DNA of 64,000 bases from Bacteroidetes bacterium SB0662_bin_6 (GTDB taxonomy: Bacteria > Bacteroidota > Rhodothermia > Rhodothermales > VXPQ01), in the NCBI GenBank assembly GCA_009839485.1, contig VXPQ01000032.1:90982-154981 (forward strand), written 5' to 3'. Under the pieces are notes generated by a model. That model was not told where the DNA came from and searched no databases. It saw only the letters and a program-made list of their open reading frames with translations. The position numbers and the translations under genes were made by a program. The first letter of the stretch is position 1. The number at the start of each line of letters is the position of its first letter. Below, piece by piece: positions 10,701-21,750 of this stretch.

Positions 10701-11084
10701 TCACACGTCCTCTTCCGGCTGTTCCTCTTCGGTCTCGCCCGTCGTAGCCACTACCACAGTCAGGTGGCACGAACGTTTGAGTATAGGGTGCGCACGACCA
10801 CGGGATACCGGACGAAATCGTTTCATGCGTACCCCTTCGTCCGCTCGTATCTCCTTTACTACCAGATCACCTTCTTCGAACCGGTCATCCGGATTCCTGT
10901 CCATCAGGTTGTAGACCGCCGATTGAATCGTCAATTCGACCGGGCGTGTTATCCTGTGCGGCTGGTAGTGCAGAATGCTGAGTGCATCGGCAACCGTTTT
11001 CCCGCGAACGAGATTGATCACCGTACGCATCTTGCGAGGCGAACTCCGAATATGTTTCCTTATGGCGCGTGCTTCCATATTCAT
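10701..11084 (-). CDS. rplV: 50S ribosomal protein L22
   Basis: Track ORF 10701..11132. The L22 match begins around MNMEARAIRKHIRSSPRKMRTVINLVRGK (ATG at 11084, or 11078). It has an acidic C-terminal tail. Confidence 0.93.
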   Translation of the reverse strand: MNMEARAIRKHIRSSPRKMRTVINLVRGKTVADALSILHYQPHRITRPVELTIQSAVYNLMDRNPDDRFEEGDLVVKEIRADEGVRMKRFRPVSRGRAHPILKRSCHLTVVVATTGETEEEQPEEDV

Positions 11085-11153
11085 CGTGCGTCCTGGTACA
11101 CTATGCGAAGGCCGGCAGGGCCTGCGCAGCAATGCGGAGCGCGATTTTTGCTG

Positions 11154-11438
11154 TTATCGTTTCATACGCTTGTCCGCGCTCTTCCCGGCGTGTCCCCGGA
11201 AAGAACGTGTAGGCGAAAACTCGCCCAATTTGTGTCCGACCATGTTCTCCGTCACATACACGGGGATAAACTGTTTTCCATTGTGTACGGCGAACGTATG
11301 CCCTACGAATTCCGGCGTGATCATGGAATCCCGACTCCAGGTTTTGATCACCTTTTTTGAGTTACTCTTGTTCAAGGCATCCACCTTGCGTTGCAACTTG
11401 AAGTGAACGTAAGGTCCTTTGCGCAGGGAACGTGCCAT
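11154..11438 (-). CDS. rpsS: 30S ribosomal protein S19
   Basis: [15 protein letters not shown]...[44 protein letters not shown], an S19 signature. Confidence 0.97.
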   Translation of the reverse strand: MARSLRKGPYVHFKLQRKVDALNKSNSKKVIKTWSRDSMITPEFVGHTFAVHNGKQFIPVYVTENMVGHKLGEFSPTRSFRGHAGKSADKRMKR

Positions 11439-11485
11439 CTTGCTGTAATCTGATCTCTCCGGAAGCGATCAGGCGCGAAATGCAC

Positions 11486-12310
11486 CTATCGGTTTCGACG
11501 CCGGATAATGTATTTGTCGGATTGCTTGTTTTTCTTGCGTGTCTTGTACCCCTTGGCCGGCACGCCATGCGGAGAACGCGGAAGCCCTCCGGATGCCTTT
11601 CCTTCCCCGCCGCCCATCGGGTGGTCCACCGGGTTCATCGCCACGCCGCGCGTCTTCGGACGTATGCCGAGCCACCGGCTGCGTCCGGCCTTTCCGATAT
11701 CTATGTTCATATGATCCGGATTGCTCGCGGTACCGATGGTCGCCATGCACTGCACGGGAACAAGGCGGGTCTCTCCGGAGGGAAGTTTGAGCGTGGCGTA
11801 CTTTCCTTCGCGCGCTGTGAGCTGTGCGCCGGCGCCGGCTGAGCGAGCCAGTTGCGCTCCTTTTCCGGGGCGCATTTCAATAGCATGCACCTGCGTGCCG
11901 AGAGGAATGTTGGACAGCGGAAGACAGTTGCCCGGTTCGGGCGGCGCATCCGGACCATTCTGAAGGGTCATACCCACTTCCACCCCATCCGGAGCAATGA
12001 TATAGCGCTTTTCCCCGTCAGCGTACGCCAGAAGCGCGATGCGGGCCGAACGATTCGGATCATACTCGATGGTAGCAACCCGTGCCGGGATCCCCGTTTT
12101 GTCGCGCTTGAAATCAATGATGCGATACCGCCGCTTATGCCCCCCGCCCTGGTGACGAGTCGTAATCCGACCCGTGTTGTTACGACCGGCCTTGTGCTTC
12201 AACGGAGCCAGCAAACTTTTCTCGGGCTTCGACGAGGTAATGTCGTCGAAAGCATCGAGCGTATATTGCCGTCTGGCGTTGGACGTCGGCTTTACTTTCC
12301 TGATGGCCAT
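11486..12310 (-). CDS. rplB: 50S ribosomal protein L2
   Basis: 274-aa ORF with ...[22 protein letters not shown]...[13 protein letters not shown]..., an L2 signature. Confidence 0.98.
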   Translation of the reverse strand: MAIRKVKPTSNARRQYTLDAFDDITSSKPEKSLLAPLKHKAGRNNTGRITTRHQGGGHKRRYRIIDFKRDKTGIPARVATIEYDPNRSARIALLAYADGEKRYIIAPDGVEVGMTLQNGPDAPPEPGNCLPLSNIPLGTQVHAIEMRPGKGAQLARSAGAGAQLTAREGKYATLKLPSGETRLVPVQCMATIGTASNPDHMNIDIGKAGRSRWLGIRPKTRGVAMNPVDHPMGGGEGKASGGLPRSPHGVPAKGYKTRKKNKQSDKYIIRRRNR

Positions 12311-12359
12311 GGGTTATAAGCGATTGTATAAGGGGCAAGCCCCTGCTTCGCAATGCGTA

Positions 12360-12701
12360 TTAAACCTGTTCGAAAAAGTCGATCGGTTCCGAATCCGGGT
12401 GAAGCGTTATGATAGCCCGCTTGTGTCGTGCAGTGCGTCCGTGCACAATCCCGCGCCGGGTACGCTGACTGCGCTGCTTGCCCCGGACGATATAAGTGCG
12501 AACCTTTTTGATCGAGACAGACGGATAACGCTCCTGTACCGCCTTTTTGATCTCCACCTTATTGGCGTCCAGCCGAACATGGAATGTATAATGATTCTCT
12601 TCCATGAGCCTTGTCAGCTTTTCGGTAACCAGGGGCTGGATGAGTACGTCGTTAGGCATGGCGATTTTTTTCGTCGATCCGTTCGCAATATCGCGGCTCA
12701 T
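12360..12701 (-). CDS. rplW: 50S ribosomal protein L23
   Basis: ORF contains ...DVLIQPLVTEKLTRLMEENHYTFHV...VRTYIVRGKQ... ATG at 12701 overlaps the rplD stop (ATGA coupling). An internal ATG at 12659 would give a more typical 99-aa L23, so the start is uncertain. Confidence 0.9.
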   Translation of the reverse strand: MSRDIANGSTKKIAMPNDVLIQPLVTEKLTRLMEENHYTFHVRLDANKVEIKKAVQERYPSVSIKKVRTYIVRGKQRSQRTRRGIVHGRTARHKRAIITLHPDSEPIDFFEQV

Positions 12702-13345
12702 GCCGCAGCTTTTTCATCTGATCCCAGCAACTGAGTGAGGAGCGCCAGGGCTCCTTCCTCAAGCACCACTACATCTGCCTGGAGAATATCGAGGGTCGAA
12801 ACATGCCGTGCCTCCTTAACCCGAACGCGTGAAAGGTTGCTGCTCGAACGATATACCTCCGGACTATGCGCTTCCGTAAGCACAAGCACCTTATTTCCGG
12901 AAAATCCCATCGTCGTCATGAGTTCGGAAAGCTTCCGGGAATTGGGCTTGTCATACTGCAGATCTCCCACCACACACAACGCATCGCCCTGCGCCTTGTA
13001 ACTGAGCGCGGAACGGCGGGCAAGACGGCTCGCCTTCGTATTCATTTTGAAATCGTACTGCCGCGGACGCGGGCCAAAAAACGTGCCGCCACTCCGGCGA
13101 ATCGGCGATTTTCTGGAGCCTGCACGCGCATACCCTGTACCTTTCTGGCGATACATCTTTCTGGTGCTCCCCCGCACTTCGCTGCGTTCCTTCGTTTTAT
13201 GCGTTCCCTGCCGGGCATTTGCCTGTATTCTCCGCACATCCAGCCAAATGACATGGTCATTTGGTTCGATGGCGAACACGGAAGGGTCCAGTGCCGCCTT
13301 ACGCCTTGTCTTACTCCCGTCAGAACCGAAAACTTTGGCATTCAT
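12698..13345 (-). CDS. rplD: 50S ribosomal protein L4
   Basis: Track ORF 12698..13366. The L4 match runs from MNAKVFGSDGSK (ATG at 13345) through ...RGSTRKMYRQKGTGYARAGSRKSPIRRSGGTFFGPRPR. Confidence 0.94.
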   Translation of the reverse strand: MNAKVFGSDGSKTRRKAALDPSVFAIEPNDHVIWLDVRRIQANARQGTHKTKERSEVRGSTRKMYRQKGTGYARAGSRKSPIRRSGGTFFGPRPRQYDFKMNTKASRLARRSALSYKAQGDALCVVGDLQYDKPNSRKLSELMTTMGFSGNKVLVLTEAHSPEVYRSSSNLSRVRVKEARHVSTLDILQADVVVLEEGALALLTQLLGSDEKAAA

Positions 13346-13414
13346 AATGCATCCGGACATGTGCATCCCTGCAGGGGCGAGCGGCGGAGTATCCTCCGGC
13401 CCGAAACAAGGCGA

Positions 13415-14050
13415 TCATTTCTTTTTATGGATAGTGACAAAGCCTCCTCTGGGACCCGGTACAGCGCCCTTCAGTAAAAGCACATGCTGTTCACCCAGCA
13501 CCTGCACCACTTCAAGATTCTGCACGGTCGTACGAGCGTTACCCTGGCGCCCGGCCATTTTCATGCCGGGAAACACGCGGGAAGGATCGGAGGATGCGCC
13601 AATAGATCCTGGAGCACGCTCCCGATTATGCTGCCCGTGCGTGCGCGAGCCGACCCCCTTGAAACCGTGCCTGCGCACCACGCCCTGGAAACCTTTCCCC
13701 TTCGAAATACCGACGACATCCACGATGTCCCCTTCCTCGAACACATCATCCACGGTGATTTCGTCCCCAAGAGACACCTCTTGTCCGGCAAAATCACGGC
13801 GAAATTCGACCAGCTTCTGCCTGGGTGAGGTACCCGCCCGTTCAAAATGACCGCGCCGGGCGCGCGTTACCCGCCCGGCCTTGCGTTCGACCGCCGCGAG
13901 TTGCACCGCGTCGTAGCCATCCGCCCCATCGGCGGACTTGACCTGGGTGACCACATTCGGCGTTACTTCGACAAGCGTACAGGGAATATTATTCCCGACC
14001 TCGTCGAATACACTGGTCATGCCAACTTTTCTGCCAATCAGCCCGCCCAT
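13415..14050 (-). CDS. rplC: 50S ribosomal protein L3
   Basis: [17 protein letters not shown]...[13 protein letters not shown]...[11 protein letters not shown], an L3 signature. Confidence 0.97.
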   Translation of the reverse strand: MGGLIGRKVGMTSVFDEVGNNIPCTLVEVTPNVVTQVKSADGADGYDAVQLAAVERKAGRVTRARRGHFERAGTSPRQKLVEFRRDFAGQEVSLGDEITVDDVFEEGDIVDVVGISKGKGFQGVVRRHGFKGVGSRTHGQHNRERAPGSIGASSDPSRVFPGMKMAGRQGNARTTVQNLEVVQVLGEQHVLLLKGAVPGPRGGFVTIHKKK

Positions 14051-14055
14051 GGTTA

Positions 14056-14520
14056 TTACTGCTTCTGAACAGTGATTGTGACCGTCCCCTCGTACGGCGT
14101 ACTCGGGTTGAAAATGGGGTTAATGAATGCCGAAGAGGCCGAAAGACTCACCTGCGTGTCGCTTTGAAAAGCATACATGAACGGGAGACTCGCGCCTATG
14201 AGTGTCGTCAACGTGAGTGTCCGTGCGCCGTCATCCACCGCATAGGTTCCGGGAAGCGTCAAGTCCTCGCGTCCCGAATCATCCTTGTAATCCACCGTAA
14301 TCAGGAAAGCAGGATTTTCGTCGCCCGCCTCAAATACGGCAGTCAGACTGTTCACAAGCGCCACCAATTCCGCCGATTGATCTCCATTGCTATCCCTGAT
14401 GCCCGTAGCCAGCCAGGTTCCGACAAACCTTTCCGCATCGGAAGGATCGTCGTCGTTCGAATCGCACCCCACGACCAGGAAAACCAGCAAGGCCAATATG
14501 GACAGTACCCTACGTGTCAT
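14056..14520 (-). CDS. Small exported lipoprotein, lipocalin-like (function unknown), embedded in the S10 operon
   Basis: Track ORF 14056..14541 has a TTG start. ATG at 14520 gives [19 protein letters not shown]|DSNDDD..., a signal peptide plus lipobox Cys. The mature part begins ...[10 protein letters not shown], as in lipocalin-like beta-barrel domains. It is flanked within 5-30 nt by the rpsJ stop (14550) and the rplC start (14050). Confidence 0.75.
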   Translation of the reverse strand: MTRRVLSILALLVFLVVGCDSNDDDPSDAERFVGTWLATGIRDSNGDQSAELVALVNSLTAVFEAGDENPAFLITVDYKDDSGREDLTLPGTYAVDDGARTLTLTTLIGASLPFMYAFQSDTQVSLSASSAFINPIFNPSTPYEGTVTITVQKQ

Positions 14521-14549
14521 CGTTCTTTTGCCCGGATTCAACTCAGGGT

Positions 14550-14861
14550 TTACACTTTGATCTCCACATCGACGCCACTCGGAAGCTCCAGCTTCATGAG
14601 CGCATCCACGGTCTTGCTACTGGTGGACAGAATATCGATCAGGCGCTCGTGGCTTCGCGTCTCGAACTGCTCCCGACTTTTCTTGTCCACATGCGGGCTG
14701 CGCAGCACGGTATAGACCGACCGCTTCGTAGGAAGGGGGATCGGTCCACTCACGACAGCACCGGTTGACTTCACCGTACGGAGTATTTTACCCGCACTCT
14801 TGTCGATCAGTCGATGATCGTACGACCTGAGCTTGATTCGAATTTTCTGATTTACCGCCAT
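14550..14861 (-). CDS. rpsJ: 30S ribosomal protein S10
   Basis: Track ORF 14550..14882. The S10 match runs from [22 protein letters not shown] (ATG at 14861, verified) through ...[29 protein letters not shown]. Confidence 0.96.
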   Translation of the reverse strand: MAVNQKIRIKLRSYDHRLIDKSAGKILRTVKSTGAVVSGPIPLPTKRSVYTVLRSPHVDKKSREQFETRSHERLIDILSTSSKTVDALMKLELPSGVDVEIKV

Positions 14862-14919
14862 GATCCTTCCGGTCACCGCCACCGACCCATAGAGCCGGCG
14901 GCGGCTATACCTTGTTCTG

Positions 14920-16116
14920 CTAATCCAGTATCTTCGTCACCACGCCGGCGCCCACGGTACGGCCACCCTCGCGAATCGCGAAACGCAAGCCTTCCTCCAT
15001 CGCCACCGGCTGAATCAGCTTCACCTCGAACTGCGTATTGTCGCCGGGCATCACCATCTCCACGCCCGAAGGCAATTCGATATCCCCTGTTACATCCGTG
15101 GTACGGAAGTAGAACTGCGGGCGATACCCCTTGAAGAACGGCGTATGACGCCCTCCCTCATCCTTGGACAATACATACACCTCGCACTCGAAATGGCGAT
15201 GGGGCGTAATAGAGCCCGGCTTGCAAATCACCATTCCGCGCTCAATAGCATCCTTGTCGATGCCACGGAGAAGTAACCCCACATTATCCCCCGCCTGACC
15301 GGTGTCAAGAAGTTTCCTGAACATCTCCACACCCGTCACCGTGGAGCTTAACTTCTCTTCCTGCATACCCAAAATATCCACCGCTTCACCCACATTGACG
15401 ACGCCGCGCTCGATGCGTCCCGTGGCGACCGTCCCGCGACCCGTAATGGAGAAAATGTCCTCCACAGGCATCAGAAAGGGCTTGTCCATCTCGCGAGCCG
15501 GCGTCGGAATATAGGTGTCCACTGCCGACATCAACTCGATGACCTTGTCCTCCCACTCCGATTCGCCATTCAGCGCACCCAGGGCGGAACCTGAAATGAC
15601 CGGCGTATCATCTCCGGGAAACTCATACGCATCCAGCAGTTCCCGAACCTCCATCTCGACGAGTTCCAGTAACTCCTCGTCATCGACAAGGTCTACCTTG
15701 TTCAAAAACACCACGATGTAGGGTACACCCACCTGACGAGCAAGCAGAATGTGTTCCCGGGTCTGCGGCATGGGGCCATCGGTTGCCGCCACCACGAGGA
15801 TCGCTCCATCCATCTGGGCCGCTCCCGTAACCATGTTTTTGACATAGTCCGCGTGTCCCGGACAATCCACATGGGCATAATGCCGCGCTTCCGTGGCATA
15901 CTCCACATGCGCCGTAGCGATCGTGATGCCGCGTTCGCGCTCTTCAGGGGCATTGTCGATGGAATCGAACGAACGGATTTCATTCGCCGGATCTTCCACG
16001 CGACGATTCAAAACCAGCGTAATCGCTGCCGTCAGCGTAGTCTTTCCGTGATCCACATGCCCGATCGTGCCTATGTTCACGTGAGGCTTATTGCGTTCAA
16101 AAGTTTCCTTGGCCAT
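14920..16116 (-). CDS. tuf: Translation elongation factor Tu
   Basis: 398-aa ORF with [33 protein letters not shown]...[12 protein letters not shown]...NKVD, a textbook EF-Tu. Confidence 0.99.
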   Translation of the reverse strand: MAKETFERNKPHVNIGTIGHVDHGKTTLTAAITLVLNRRVEDPANEIRSFDSIDNAPEERERGITIATAHVEYATEARHYAHVDCPGHADYVKNMVTGAAQMDGAILVVAATDGPMPQTREHILLARQVGVPYIVVFLNKVDLVDDEELLELVEMEVRELLDAYEFPGDDTPVISGSALGALNGESEWEDKVIELMSAVDTYIPTPAREMDKPFLMPVEDIFSITGRGTVATGRIERGVVNVGEAVDILGMQEEKLSSTVTGVEMFRKLLDTGQAGDNVGLLLRGIDKDAIERGMVICKPGSITPHRHFECEVYVLSKDEGGRHTPFFKGYRPQFYFRTTDVTGDIELPSGVEMVMPGDNTQFEVKLIQPVAMEEGLRFAIREGGRTVGAGVVTKILD

Positions 16117-16185
16117 GGCTGAATGCTTCTGTTTGGCGATAAGGTGTTCAGAAAAATGGTTTTAGTGAGGGTGGGGCGCCGGCGG

Positions 16186-18282
16186 CTATGCTGCAACGGC
16201 TCCGGCGTTTGACGAAACAATCTCTTCGGCGATGCTCTTCGGCACTTCTGCGTAATGGTCAAATTGCATCGTATAGATGGCCCGTCCTTGCGTGATGGAT
16301 CGGAGGTCGGTTGAATACCCGAACATCTCCGACAGGGGTACGGATGCGGCGATGCCTTGTGCATCCTGACGCGGAGCCATGCTCTCGATACGGCCCCGGC
16401 GGCTGTTCAGGTCACCAATCACGTCCCCCATGTACTCCTCCGGCGTGATCACTTCCACCTGCATAATGGGTTCCATCATAACCGGCTTTGCCTTCCGGGA
16501 CGCACTGCGAAAAGCCATGCGGCCCGCGATCTCAAAGGCGTTCTGGTCAGAATCCACGTCGTGGTACTTCCCGTCATAGAGACGGGCCCTGACACCTTCG
16601 ACAGGATAACCGGCCAACGGCCCTTGCATCATAGCAGCCTTGATGCCCTTCTCTACGGAGGGAATAAACTCCTTCGGAATATTTCCTCCCTTGACTTCGT
16701 CGGCAAATTCGAAGCCCACGCCATTCTCTGTGGGCGTGAACTCAACATGCACCTCTGCAAATTGCCCGCGGCCCCCTGTCTGCTTTTTGTGCACGTATCG
16801 TTCGTCACAGGAAGCAGTGATCGCTTCGCGATACGCTACCTGCGGGCGGCCGATATTGGCAGCGACCTGGAACTCACGTTTCAGACGGTCCACGATGATT
16901 TCAAGGTGTAATTCACCCATCCCCGCAATGATCGTCTGTCCCGTTTCCTCGTCCGTACGGACTACAAATGTCGGGTCTTCCTCAGACAACTTCATGAGGC
17001 CCTGTGACATCTTGTCCCCGTCCGCCTTGGTCTTAGGCTCGATCGCGATGCGAATGACCGGCTCCGGAAATTCCATGTGTTCGAGAACAACCGGATGTCC
17101 GGGATCACATAACGTGTCTCCCGTCCTGATCTGCTTGAGCCCGACCGCTGCCGCAATATCTCCGGCTACCACGCGCTCAATATCCTCCCGATGGTTCGCA
17201 TGCATAAAGAGAATACGTCCGATCCGTTCCTTGTTCTGCGAGGAGGCGTTCAGCACCTGGGAGCCCTTATTGAGCGTGCCGCTGTACACGCGGAAAAACG
17301 TCAGTTTTCCGACGTAGGGATCCGTTGCGATCTTGAATGCAATGGCGCTGAACGGGGCGGATGGATCGGGGTTGCGCTCGAGCGCCTGGCCGGATCTCGG
17401 ATGAATTCCGGACACGGCCGGAATGTCGACAGGACCCGGCAGGTAATCAATGGCGCCGTCCAGCAAACGCTGGACGCCCTTGTTTTTGAACGCGGAACCA
17501 CAAAAAACCGGTGTAATATCGATGTTTAATGTAGCTGCACGGACCGCCGTCCTGATTTCCTGCGCCGTGATCTCCTCGCCTTCGAGATACTTCATCAGAA
17601 GCGCATCGTTGTACTCCGCAATCGCTTCAAGAAGGTGAATGCGCCAGTGTCTGGCTTCCTTCCTGAGGTCTGCAGGGACATTGATTTCATCCCATGTCGC
17701 CCCCTGAGATTCGTCGTGCCAAACAATAGCCTTGTCCTCGATCAGATCGATCACGCCCCGGAACATGTCCCCTGAACCAATAGGAATCTGCACAGGGATG
17801 GGATGTGCTTTCAGCCGTTCGCGCATCATCTGCACGGTATTCTCGAAATCGGCTCCCGTGCGATCCATCTTATTGACAAAGGCGATACGCGGCACACCAT
17901 ACTTGTTGGCCTGACGCCATACGGTCTCGGATTGGGGCTCCACTCCTCCTACAGCGCAGAAAAGCGCAATAGCTCCATCAAGCACACGCAGGGAACGTTC
18001 CACTTCGACCGTGAAATCCACATGACCCGGCGTGTCAATAATGTTGATGCGATGATCTTTCCAGAAACAAGTGGTTGCCGCACTCGTGATCGTAATGCCA
18101 CGCTCCTTTTCCTGCTCCATCCAGTCCATCGTAGCACCGCCCTCGTGTACCTCTCCCATACGATGGAGGCGACCCGTATAAAACAGAATGCGCTCCGTCG
18201 TGGTGGTTTTGCCCGCATCAATATGGGCCATGATCCCGATATTGCGGGTTTTTTCAAGAGGTATCGTCTTTACGCTGGCCAT
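16186..18282 (-). CDS. fusA: Translation elongation factor G
   Basis: Track ORF 16186..18306 has a TTG start. ATG at 18282 gives [37 protein letters not shown]...DTPGHVDF... Confidence 0.98.
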   Translation of the reverse strand: MASVKTIPLEKTRNIGIMAHIDAGKTTTTERILFYTGRLHRMGEVHEGGATMDWMEQEKERGITITSAATTCFWKDHRINIIDTPGHVDFTVEVERSLRVLDGAIALFCAVGGVEPQSETVWRQANKYGVPRIAFVNKMDRTGADFENTVQMMRERLKAHPIPVQIPIGSGDMFRGVIDLIEDKAIVWHDESQGATWDEINVPADLRKEARHWRIHLLEAIAEYNDALLMKYLEGEEITAQEIRTAVRAATLNIDITPVFCGSAFKNKGVQRLLDGAIDYLPGPVDIPAVSGIHPRSGQALERNPDPSAPFSAIAFKIATDPYVGKLTFFRVYSGTLNKGSQVLNASSQNKERIGRILFMHANHREDIERVVAGDIAAAVGLKQIRTGDTLCDPGHPVVLEHMEFPEPVIRIAIEPKTKADGDKMSQGLMKLSEEDPTFVVRTDEETGQTIIAGMGELHLEIIVDRLKREFQVAANIGRPQVAYREAITASCDERYVHKKQTGGRGQFAEVHVEFTPTENGVGFEFADEVKGGNIPKEFIPSVEKGIKAAMMQGPLAGYPVEGVRARLYDGKYHDVDSDQNAFEIAGRMAFRSASRKAKPVMMEPIMQVEVITPEEYMGDVIGDLNSRRGRIESMAPRQDAQGIAASVPLSEMFGYSTDLRSITQGRAIYTMQFDHYAEVPKSIAEEIVSSNAGAVAA

Positions 18283-18354
18283 AATCTTGCTTTTCGATGG
18301 ATCCAACCCTCGCCCCTGAACAAGCGGCCACAGGCTGTAAACAACATCTTGCCA

Positions 18355-18822
18355 TTAAAACCGAAAATGAGCGAATGCTTTATTGGACTCAGCCATTCTG
18401 TGCGTATCGTCTTTCTTCTTCACAGACCCTCCCTCTCCATTTGCAGCAGCCTGTAACTCATTCGCAAGCCGCAAGGCAAAGCTCTTGTCGCTGCGGGCTC
18501 GCGCATATCTGATAATCCACCGGAATGCCAGCGCTGTACGGCGCTCGGGGCGCACTTCGACGGGTACCTGATAGGTAGCCCCGCCTACCCGGCGGCTCCG
18601 CACTTCAATAAGCGGCGCCACATTGTTTACGGCCTTTCTGAACACCTCGATGCCCGGCTCGCCGCTACGCTCTCCTGCAATCTCGAACGCATTATACACA
18701 AGTCTTTGCGCCGTGCTTTTCTTGCCATCTTTCAGCACACTGCTGATAAAACGGCCCACGAGCTCGTCGCCATAGACGGAATCTTCGACCGCCTTGCGTT
18801 TTTCTGCTCTGTTTCTGCGCAT
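18355..18822 (-). CDS. rpsG: 30S ribosomal protein S7
   Basis: 155-aa ORF with ...KDGKKSTAQRLVYNAFE...EVRSRRVGGATYQVPVEV..., an S7 signature. Confidence 0.97.
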   Translation of the reverse strand: MRRNRAEKRKAVEDSVYGDELVGRFISSVLKDGKKSTAQRLVYNAFEIAGERSGEPGIEVFRKAVNNVAPLIEVRSRRVGGATYQVPVEVRPERRTALAFRWIIRYARARSDKSFALRLANELQAAANGEGGSVKKKDDTHRMAESNKAFAHFRF

Positions 18823-18884
18823 GATTCAGACGCTGTTTCGATGCAAATCAGACATTCCGTCTCTGAACAATAAAATCCGGTGCG

Positions 18885-19259
18885 TTACTTCCGCGGCCTT
18901 TTTGCACCGTACTTCGACCGACTCTGCATGCGATCCCCCACGCCCGCCGTATCCAGTGCGCCACGTACAATATGATACTTCACGCCGGGCAGGTCCTTTA
19001 CGCGCCCGCCGCGCACAAGCACAATCGAATGTTCCTGCAAATTGTGCCCCTCGCCCGGAATGTAGGCGATCACCTCATAACCGTTCGTAAGCCGCACCTT
19101 GGCTACCTTGCGAAGCGCAGAGTTGGGCTTCTTCGGCGTCGTCGTGTAGACGCGCGTACAGACGCCCCGCTTCTGCGGACTGCCTTCGAGCGCCGCAGCT
19201 TTGGTCTTTCCAGGCTTTCGGGCCCGGCCCTGGCGAACGAGCTGCTGAATAGTTGGCAC
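18885..19259 (-). CDS. rpsL: 30S ribosomal protein S12
   Basis: [12 protein letters not shown]...[67 protein letters not shown], a textbook S12. Confidence 0.99.
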   Translation of the reverse strand: MPTIQQLVRQGRARKPGKTKAAALEGSPQKRGVCTRVYTTTPKKPNSALRKVAKVRLTNGYEVIAYIPGEGHNLQEHSIVLVRGGRVKDLPGVKYHIVRGALDTAGVGDRMQSRSKYGAKRPRK

Positions 19260-19359
19260 GGTATAGGTATCGGTTCAATGTGGGTGGTGCACGCATCAGG
19301 ATGCCGTGGAGCCGTCTCGAACGATTCCATGGCAGAAGCCAGAATAACGCAAGCCGAAT

Positions 19360-19388
19360 AATATAATACTTCTCGAGTTTTGATTCAA
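19360..19388 (-). promoter_or_regulatory. Candidate sigma70-type promoter of the str/ribosomal supercluster
   Basis: The reverse strand reads TTGAAT (19388-19383), a 17-nt spacer, then TATATT (19365-19360). It lies about 95-100 nt upstream of the rpsL ATG and immediately downstream of the ftsH terminator hairpin. Confidence 0.55.
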
Positions 19389-19407
19389 TGAAATCGGTTA
19401 AGATCAA

Positions 19408-19442
19408 GTAAAAAATTACAACGGCTCGAGAAGCAGCCGCTG
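19408..19442 (-). terminator. Intrinsic terminator after ftsH
   Basis: The reverse strand reads CAGCGGCU-gcuucucg-AGCCGUUG, an 8-bp stem with one G-U pair, starting 3 nt after the ftsH stop. It is followed by UAAUUUUUUAC. Confidence 0.65.
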
Positions 19443-19444
19443 CA

Positions 19445-21574
19445 TCAGATTTGTGTACTGCCGGCAGCTTCGCCTGTCTCTTCAGAGTTTGCCTTGGCAT
19501 CCGGGGCGGTCTCCTCGTCAAATTCCGCATGCGAATCGTCTGCAACAGCTCCGTTTCCACCAGCCTCCATACTAACTTTCTGATCAGGAGCGCCGTTCAG
19601 CGTAATGTATTCACCATACGGGCGGGGCCCGAGAATCTCGACAATCTCTTTCGGACCCAGCACCTCTTTTTCCAGTAATGCCTTCGCCATGTCTTCAAGC
19701 GATGTACGCTTCTCCTCCAGCAATGTACGCGCACGCTCGCGAATTTCATCAATGATGACCCGCACTTCCTCGTCGATAATACGAGCAGTTTCGTTGGAAT
19801 ATGGTTTCTCGAAAACCGGCGCATCCTGATCCCGGTTCGAGCGATTATAAGAGACACTGCCGATCCGCTCGCTCATGCCGTAGTAGACCACCATGGCATA
19901 CGCCATCCTGGTAATGCGTTCGAGATCATTCTGCGCCCCGGTCGAGATACGTCCGAATACGATTTCCTCGGCAACGCGTCCGCCGATGGCCATGGTCATT
20001 CGATCCAGCAACGCCTCTTTGGTGTAGAGATATCGTTCTTCGGGGAGATACTGGGCATAGCCGAGCGCAGCCAGACCGCGTGGTATAATCGATACTTTGA
20101 CAACCGGATCGGTATTCTCCAGAAACCAGCCTGTAATGGCGTGTCCCGCCTCGTGGTAGGCAACAATCTTTCGCTCTTCCGGCGAAATGAGTTTGTTCTT
20201 CTTTTCAAGCCCGGCGATCACCCGATCGATCGCACGCTCGAAATCCTCCATCTCGATGGAGTCCTTTTCTTCCCGGGCGGCAAGCAAGGCCGCCTCATTG
20301 CATACATTGGCGATTTCGGCGCCTGCAAAGCCCGGTGTTTGCCCGGCCAGCACCTCCATATTCACCTCATCATGCAACACCAACCGGCGGGTATGCACCC
20401 TGAAAATTTCCGCGCGCTCACGCCGGTCCGGTTTGTCTATCATGATCTGCCGGTCAAAACGGCCGGGACGCAGCAATGCACTGTCAAGCACGTCCGGGCG
20501 ATTGGTGGCGGCCATGATAATGACCCCCTTGTCGGTATTGAACCCGTCCATCTCGACAAGTAGCTGATTCAGCGTATTCTCGCGTTCGTCGTTGGCCCCC
20601 ATCATCATACCGCGCCCGCGAGTCCGTCCGATAGCGTCAATTTCGTCGATAAAAATGATGCAGGGCGCCTTCTCCTTGGCCTGTTTGAAAAGATCCCGCA
20701 CACGGGCGGCGCCTACCCCCACGAACATTTCGACAAAATCGGATCCGGACAGGGAAAAGAAAGGAACTCCGGCTTCCCCGGCGACAGCCTTCGCCAGCAA
20801 GGTCTTGCCCGTCCCCGGAGGACCCACGAGCAGCACGCCTTTGGGGAGTTTGCCACCCAGCTTGATGAACTTTTTCGGATTCGTCAGAAAATCGGCTACT
20901 TCGGCAACCTCTTCCTTGGCCTCGTCGAGTCCCGCCACATCCCTGAACGTTAACTGCTGATCGCCCATAGCGTCGAAAAGCACTGCCTTGTTCTTTCCGA
21001 TATTGAGGACCTGAGATCCCGGATTCATACGTCGAATCAGAAAAATCCACAGGAAAACAATAAGAAGCAGGGGGAAAATCCATGCCAGCATGCCCCCGAA
21101 CCACCGCTCCTCGACACGTGCCGAAAATTCCACAGTGGATTGATCATCGGCGCCGGCCTGCGCATTGTAATCCAGCAAGAAATCGGTCAGATTATGGTCG
21201 TCAGGCTTCGTACTGGAAAACTCAAGAGGGGTCTCTTCGGAACGGCCGGTAAGAAAATTGTTTGTCGGCTCCGGTACCTCGACCAGCCCCCGTTCGACGG
21301 CTTCGGGCGTATACACCCCCTCGATACGCTGATCGTTGACAACGACCACCTTATCGACATACCCGTTCTCCACATGCTGAAGAAATATTTTGTAGTCGAT
21401 CGGATTCGATGACCCGACAGACCGGAAGAGCAAAATGTGGAAGAGCAGCATCAGAAATACCGCCAGATATATCCACACGGCAAGCTTCGGCCTGCGTTTC
21501 AGCGGCCGCGAGCTGTCCTCTCTGGACGAATTGTCCACTTCCGGTTGTGTGTGTTCAGGGCCGGTTTCCGACAT
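19445..21574 (-). CDS. ftsH: ATP-dependent zinc metalloprotease FtsH
   Basis: Walker [12 protein letters not shown] second region of homology, zinc motif HEAGHA, and two N-terminal TM segments. Track ORF extends to 21700. ATG at 21574 (MSETGPEH...) or 21601 is more plausible, so the start is uncertain. Confidence 0.95.
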   Translation of the reverse strand: MSETGPEHTQPEVDNSSREDSSRPLKRRPKLAVWIYLAVFLMLLFHILLFRSVGSSNPIDYKIFLQHVENGYVDKVVVVNDQRIEGVYTPEAVERGLVEVPEPTNNFLTGRSEETPLEFSSTKPDDHNLTDFLLDYNAQAGADDQSTVEFSARVEERWFGGMLAWIFPLLLIVFLWIFLIRRMNPGSQVLNIGKNKAVLFDAMGDQQLTFRDVAGLDEAKEEVAEVADFLTNPKKFIKLGGKLPKGVLLVGPPGTGKTLLAKAVAGEAGVPFFSLSGSDFVEMFVGVGAARVRDLFKQAKEKAPCIIFIDEIDAIGRTRGRGMMMGANDERENTLNQLLVEMDGFNTDKGVIIMAATNRPDVLDSALLRPGRFDRQIMIDKPDRRERAEIFRVHTRRLVLHDEVNMEVLAGQTPGFAGAEIANVCNEAALLAAREEKDSIEMEDFERAIDRVIAGLEKKNKLISPEERKIVAYHEAGHAITGWFLENTDPVVKVSIIPRGLAALGYAQYLPEERYLYTKEALLDRMTMAIGGRVAEEIVFGRISTGAQNDLERITRMAYAMVVYYGMSERIGSVSYNRSNRDQDAPVFEKPYSNETARIIDEEVRVIIDEIRERARTLLEEKRTSLEDMAKALLEKEVLGPKEIVEILGPRPYGEYITLNGAPDQKVSMEAGGNGAVADDSHAEFDEETAPDAKANSEETGEAAGSTQI

Positions 21575-21750
21575 ATCGAATCGGTTGCGCCAGTGCGGCA
21601 TTACCTCCGTCAAGCTGTTTACCGCATCATGGGGCGTTATATACGCAGGGGCGAACCTTATGTACCATGTAACACATGGGGCTGTTCCTCCTGGAGACAA
21701 CTACGCATCGGAGGGGAGAACGAGACAAATAGTCCCGCCCGAATGGGAGG

